Shown piece after piece: positions 60,843 to 64,000 of a DNA stretch of 64,000 nt; position 1 is the stretch's first letter; each line of letters opens with the position of its first letter. The position numbers and the translations under genes were made by a program. The DNA lies in the NCBI GenBank assembly GCA_027330985.1, contig DAHVZI010000002.1:75162-139161 (forward strand), written 5' to 3'. The DNA is from Candidatus Uhrbacteria bacterium. GTDB taxonomy: Bacteria > Patescibacteriota > Patescibacteriia > 2-12-FULL-60-25. The notes under the pieces were generated by a model, which worked only from the letters and a program-made list of their open reading frames with translations, was not told the origin of the DNA and ran no database searches.

Positions 60843-61007
60843 ATGCCAAGCGTTGCTCTCAGTCTCAAGCCCTCGAACATTCAGCTGCTCCCGCTTCGAC
60901 TTTCCATGTTCTTCGGTTCGCCGGAAGGACGGATTGCGGTGCGCATCCTGCTCTTCGCGCTCCTCATCTTCGGCATCGCAATTGGCGCCGAGGACTGCGT
61001 CGGCTAG
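60843..61007 (+). CDS. Small hydrophobic peptide (54 aa, one TM helix)
   Basis: Not in the ORF track (under 60 aa). ATG preceded by AAGGAGG at 6-nt spacing. Translation MPSVALSLKPSNIQLLPLRLSMFFGSPEGRIAVRILLFALLIFGIAIGAEDCVG. Confidence 0.3.
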   Translation: MPSVALSLKPSNIQLLPLRLSMFFGSPEGRIAVRILLFALLIFGIAIGAEDCVG

Positions 61008-61152
61008 ATCTCCCTCGCCAAGCTCAGCCACCCTCGGTCCGCCAGGATCGAGGGATTACTCTTGGTTACGGGAGCATGGGCTTGGGTTATAGATGGGGGT
61101 TGACTAAACAGTTGGCATCAGGCAATATACGCTCACAATTTAAGACCACCAT

Positions 61153-61223
61153 GGGTGCGTGGTGTAGCCCGGTTAACACGCCCCGGTGTCCACCGGGGAG
61201 ATCGAGGGTCAGTCTCGCATCCA
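61153..61223 (+). pseudogene. tRNA-like paralogue / tRNA pseudogene (5' half identical to tRNA-Asp, altered anticodon arm, truncated T-arm, no CCA)
   Basis: Shares 31 nt (CATGGGTGCGTGGTGTAGCCCGGTTAACACG) and AGATCGAGGG with the tRNA-Asp 35 nt downstream. Its anticodon arm CCCCGG-TGTCCA-CCGGGG does not form a 7-nt loop, and the 3' T-stem is missing. Confidence 0.4.
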
Positions 61224-61257
61224 TATAAAAACTAAAGAGAGTCCATAGTCCACGCAT

Positions 61258-61335
61258 GGGTGCGTGGTGTAGCCCGGTTAACACGTCTCCCTGTCACGGA
61301 GAAGATCGAGGGTTCGAATCCCTTCGCACCCGCCA
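61258..61335 (+). tRNA. tRNA-Asp (anticodon GUC), CCA encoded
   Basis: Manual fold: acceptor GGGTGCG/CGCACCC, anticodon stem TCTCC/GGAGA with loop CTGTCAC, T-arm GAGGG-TTCGAAT-CCCTT, discriminator G, then CCA. Confidence 0.8.
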
Positions 61336-61380
61336 TAAGAAAGACCTCGCCATCAGGCGGGGTTTTTCGTAATATGACGT

Positions 61381-61758
61381 ATGAACGTGTCGTTTGTGCT
61401 AGCGGGATGTATAATACAGAAATCAATAACAACTAATTATATGCATTTGCAGCAATCCAGTGATGACCAAGCAAAGATGTTTCTTGAGTTGGCGGAAGCT
61501 CTGTATGAGGAGTCAGCGGATGAAGAAGGAGTGCCACTTAGGGCTACAATTGATTTCGATGATGCGCAGAGGATAAAGGAGATCCAAGGAGTTTATGTGG
61601 ATGACCAACCGCGGATAATCGGAGCTGATGCCATAGAACGTCTGAACAAGATAGCCGAGCAGATTCAAAAAATGTCGGATGGCCACGACTTGTCTCGTCT
61701 CCAGATAGTTGTACAGAATGGAGAAGCGGATATCGTCCCTACGTATAGAGATCAGTAG
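61381..61758 (+). CDS. Hypothetical acidic protein
   Basis: 125-aa ORF. The real start is possibly the internal ATG (MHLQQ) near 61441. No domain recognised. Confidence 0.3.
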   Translation: MNVSFVLAGCIIQKSITTNYMHLQQSSDDQAKMFLELAEALYEESADEEGVPLRATIDFDDAQRIKEIQGVYVDDQPRIIGADAIERLNKIAEQIQKMSDGHDLSRLQIVVQNGEADIVPTYRDQ

Positions 61759-61769
61759 AGGAATTTTTT

Positions 61770-62252
61770 TTGTCTATGAAAAAAATCATGCTCGTAATCT
61801 TGGTGGTCATTCTAGTCGGTGGGGTGGGGTTTTTATTTTGGTATAGATTTCGCCCCGATACATCGCCGATAAGGGCAGAAGAGCTCACGCCGGGCACTGC
61901 CCAACACCTCGTCGACGGCATGCTGCATCCTTATGCTTGCGTCGAACCTACGCCACAACTCGTCGCCAGATGCAGGGCAGCAGGCGGTACGGTGCAGTAT
62001 AACGTGACCAGCATCGGTCTGGGCGTCCAAAATACGCTCGGTTGCTATCCGGAAGGCGATACGACCGACGAAGGCAAGAGTTGCACTCTCGGCATACAGT
62101 GCCAAGGCGAGTGCATCTGGATGGCCGGCGATTTGCTCAACGGGAACGAATCCAAGACCTGCAGCAGACACAAGAAGCCGTATTTCATCTATCCGGAAAC
62201 ACGTCTTCCCAAAGATGCCCAAGGTTTGTGCGCGGATCTGGAACGATCATAA
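61770..62252 (+). CDS. Hypothetical membrane-anchored cysteine-rich protein
   Basis: 160 aa. N-terminal TM IMLVILVVILVGGVGFLFW, then a 10-Cys extracytoplasmic domain. Confidence 0.4.
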   Translation: MSMKKIMLVILVVILVGGVGFLFWYRFRPDTSPIRAEELTPGTAQHLVDGMLHPYACVEPTPQLVARCRAAGGTVQYNVTSIGLGVQNTLGCYPEGDTTDEGKSCTLGIQCQGECIWMAGDLLNGNESKTCSRHKKPYFIYPETRLPKDAQGLCADLERS

Positions 62253-62377
62253 GGATCTTAAGGGCTGCAAACATCGCGACGGCATTGATCCAATAAAGAC
62301 AGGAATTTAAGAGTGTTAATGACATGAAAACAAGATCACCCCGCGGACGAGAACGTCGGCGGGGTGGAGGGGTCGGG

Positions 62378-62944
62378 TCATGGCAAGAGGAGCGCGGCGC
62401 GCATGATGTCGCTTACCTGGTGATCGGCGCTGGTTTCGACGGACAACGTGTCTGTCACGAGGACCGTACGTACGCCAGCGGCTCTGCCGGCCCGGATGTC
62501 GGATTCCATGTCGCCGATCATGAATGAGCAGCTCATGTCGATGCCGTGTTTTTTTTGCGCGGCAATGAGCATCCCGGGGGCGGGCTTTCGGCACGCGCAG
62601 TCGCCATCGGGTCGATGCGTGCAGACGTATACGTCATCCAGGGGTAATTCACCTACCCGTGCCATCATCCGGGCGAACTCTGACGAATCGATGTGCCCGG
62701 TCGCGACGTCGGGTTGATTCGTCACAAGGATACGCAGATAGCCTTTTCGGCCTATGATCTCGAGAGCTTCTCTGACGCCGGGCTTGAAGTTGAGCTCAAG
62801 AAGGTTGAAGGGTGCGGTCCAGCGGATCGGCACGCCGTTGGGGCGGAATCCATCACCTCTATCGACGAGGTGGTTCAGTACACCGTCCCGGTCGATGAAA
62901 GCAGCTTTGATTACGCGTATGGGAAGATCCACGGTCACCTCCAA
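62378..62944 (-). CDS. gmhB: HAD-IIIA phosphatase, D-glycero-D-manno-heptose-1,7-bisphosphate phosphatase-like
   Basis: HAD motif I (FIDRDGVLN), motif II (VTNQ), Zn-binding CxC (CTHRPDGDCACRKP) and motif IV (GDMESD). Confidence 0.7.
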   Translation of the reverse strand: MEVTVDLPIRVIKAAFIDRDGVLNHLVDRGDGFRPNGVPIRWTAPFNLLELNFKPGVREALEIIGRKGYLRILVTNQPDVATGHIDSSEFARMMARVGELPLDDVYVCTHRPDGDCACRKPAPGMLIAAQKKHGIDMSCSFMIGDMESDIRAGRAAGVRTVLVTDTLSVETSADHQVSDIMRAALLLP

Positions 62945-63363
62945 TGAGGCTGAACCTAACAGGAAGAGATTGATTCGTCAATCGTCTTTTGGTTTATGTT
63001 ATACTTTTTCTGCGCCAATTCCACCTCTCGCAAAGGGCCAACGCACTTTCACGGCAGGAATCTCGCTGGGACTCGAGAAGGAGACTGCCAAAAACTCCAG
63101 AAATGAAAGAGGCTCGAGTTGGAATGGCGAATCATTTTTGGGCAAAGAAGATGGCCCTACCCACCCACCGTCGCTGGTTTCTACGGCCAGTGGCTCATTG
63201 TCCTGCGGGTGCTTTATGCGCGTCCGCCGTCTAACTTCCCCCCTTTTCTAGATCCGCTCGCAATGGGCGGATTCTCGTATCTCGGAGAAGTATCCGCTTC
63301 ATTATTTTTCAGATTGCATCAATTGTGCGGTTCTAGGCTTTGTGTTCTAATGTCCATAAGCAT

Positions 63364-64000
63364 ATGGGTAACAAATTCGAATTTAAGGGCGATTCATCGT
63401 ACTTAGGCCACATGGAAAGCGGCATATTCCATCCGCAGAGCAATGAGCCCGCCTTGGGCGAAACTCCGGGTACATTGCGTTGCGCGATGGCGAACGCCAT
63501 CCTTTTTGCTCGTAACCAGAATAAAGCCATAAAATGCGAATTGAACGGTGCCGTCGTCCAAGTGAAACCGGATGATACTGTCGAACTGGTGGCTCAAAAA
63601 CAACGCGATGCGGTTGGATCACCCGAATATCTTGCAGCTCAAGAAAGACGAACGCAGATGTTCAATTCTAGGATAGATCAAGAATTATCGGATCTCCGGG
63701 AAGAATTGGAGAGCCTGGACTTCGCCGACGAAGGCGCGATCATGGATTGGATGATGGATTATCTGGCGACGGTCGAAGTGAGCGGCAAGCGGGATATCGG
63801 CGGAAAGGAGATCCGGGGACTCTTCGGCAAGAACGGGTATGAATCCGACGGCGTGCTCGAGGAAAACGTAATACCGGCGGCTAAGCCACGCGCCATCATC
63901 GGTCAATTCTTGGCTTTCCTGGATCAGGGCAAGAAACCTTCCAGGGAGTTGACTGTCGCTATCGCCCAGTGGAAAAGGGAGAGTAAAGGATCGAGTCGCT
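63364..64000 (+). CDS. Hypothetical protein, N-terminal part (continues beyond window end)
   Basis: ATG at 63364 followed by an open frame to the window end. Not in the ORF track because it has no stop. No domain recognised. Confidence 0.4.
   Translation, partial: MGNKFEFKGDSSYLGHMESGIFHPQSNEPALGETPGTLRCAMANAILFARNQNKAIKCELNGAVVQVKPDDTVELVAQKQRDAVGSPEYLAAQERRTQMFNSRIDQELSDLREELESLDFADEGAIMDWMMDYLATVEVSGKRDIGGKEIRGLFGKNGYESDGVLEENVIPAAKPRAIIGQFLAFLDQGKKPSRELTVAIAQWKRESKGSSR

Noticed and set aside
60800-61228. 142-aa plus-strand ORF from a TTG start
   Set aside because: It runs through the tRNA-like element. Only the 54-codon SD-led frame within it (60843..61007) looks plausible.

Overview
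This 64-kb window is bacterial chromosome with the standard genetic code: TGA, TAG and TAA all terminate sensible proteins. Coding density is high, GTG/TTG starts are frequent, and adjacent genes often overlap by 4 nt (ATGA), which suggests translational coupling. Most genes are housekeeping:
- A minus-strand dTTP-synthesis operon (NMP kinase, dut, thyX, tmk).
- A secE-nusG-rplK block, separated from rplA by three inserted genes (pyrF, ogt, a membrane protein).
- gyrB, ftsW, rplY, murA, an ABC exporter, prmC and an ECF sigma factor with a partner membrane protein.
- lepB, hisS, rpsU, a GatB/YqeY protein, ybeY-dgkA-ftsA-ftsZ, nrdR, htrA, translationally coupled pyk-ppsA, an alkD-like repair gene and gmhB.
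- Two tRNAs (Val-CAC, Asp-GUC), each flanked by partial copies of itself.

The standout is a co-directional locus of about 15 kb (33.0-48.5 kb) encoding secreted or membrane-anchored proteins. It is dominated by a 10.7-kb gene (3580 aa). Its first ~130 residues form a signal peptide plus a two-helix pilin-like module that resembles TrbC/VirB2 conjugative pilins and the CPR/Patescibacteria T4SS-pilin family. The same module opens the adjacent upstream 625-aa gene. The rest of the giant protein is a mosaic of IPT/TIG-like domains, two clusters of Myxococcus-type cysteine-rich repeats, a carboxypeptidase-regulatory-like beta-sandwich and Gly-rich linkers. Two downstream paralogous membrane proteins with calcium-binding thrombospondin-type-3-like motifs follow. 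The locus then runs without a break into ybeY-dgkA-ftsA-ftsZ. I read this as a pilin-anchored giant adhesin system. That matches surface structures proposed for episymbiotic CPR bacteria, but the taxonomic assignment is inference only.

Limits. Genes running off both window edges are absent from the supplied ORF track; I recovered them by reading the sequence. The printed sequence has occasional lines of 59 or 61 bases, so coordinates I derived from line numbering (tRNAs, hairpins, repeats) can be off by 1-2 nt. ORF-track coordinates were treated as authoritative. No CRISPR array, reverse transcriptase, integrase or transposase was recognised.
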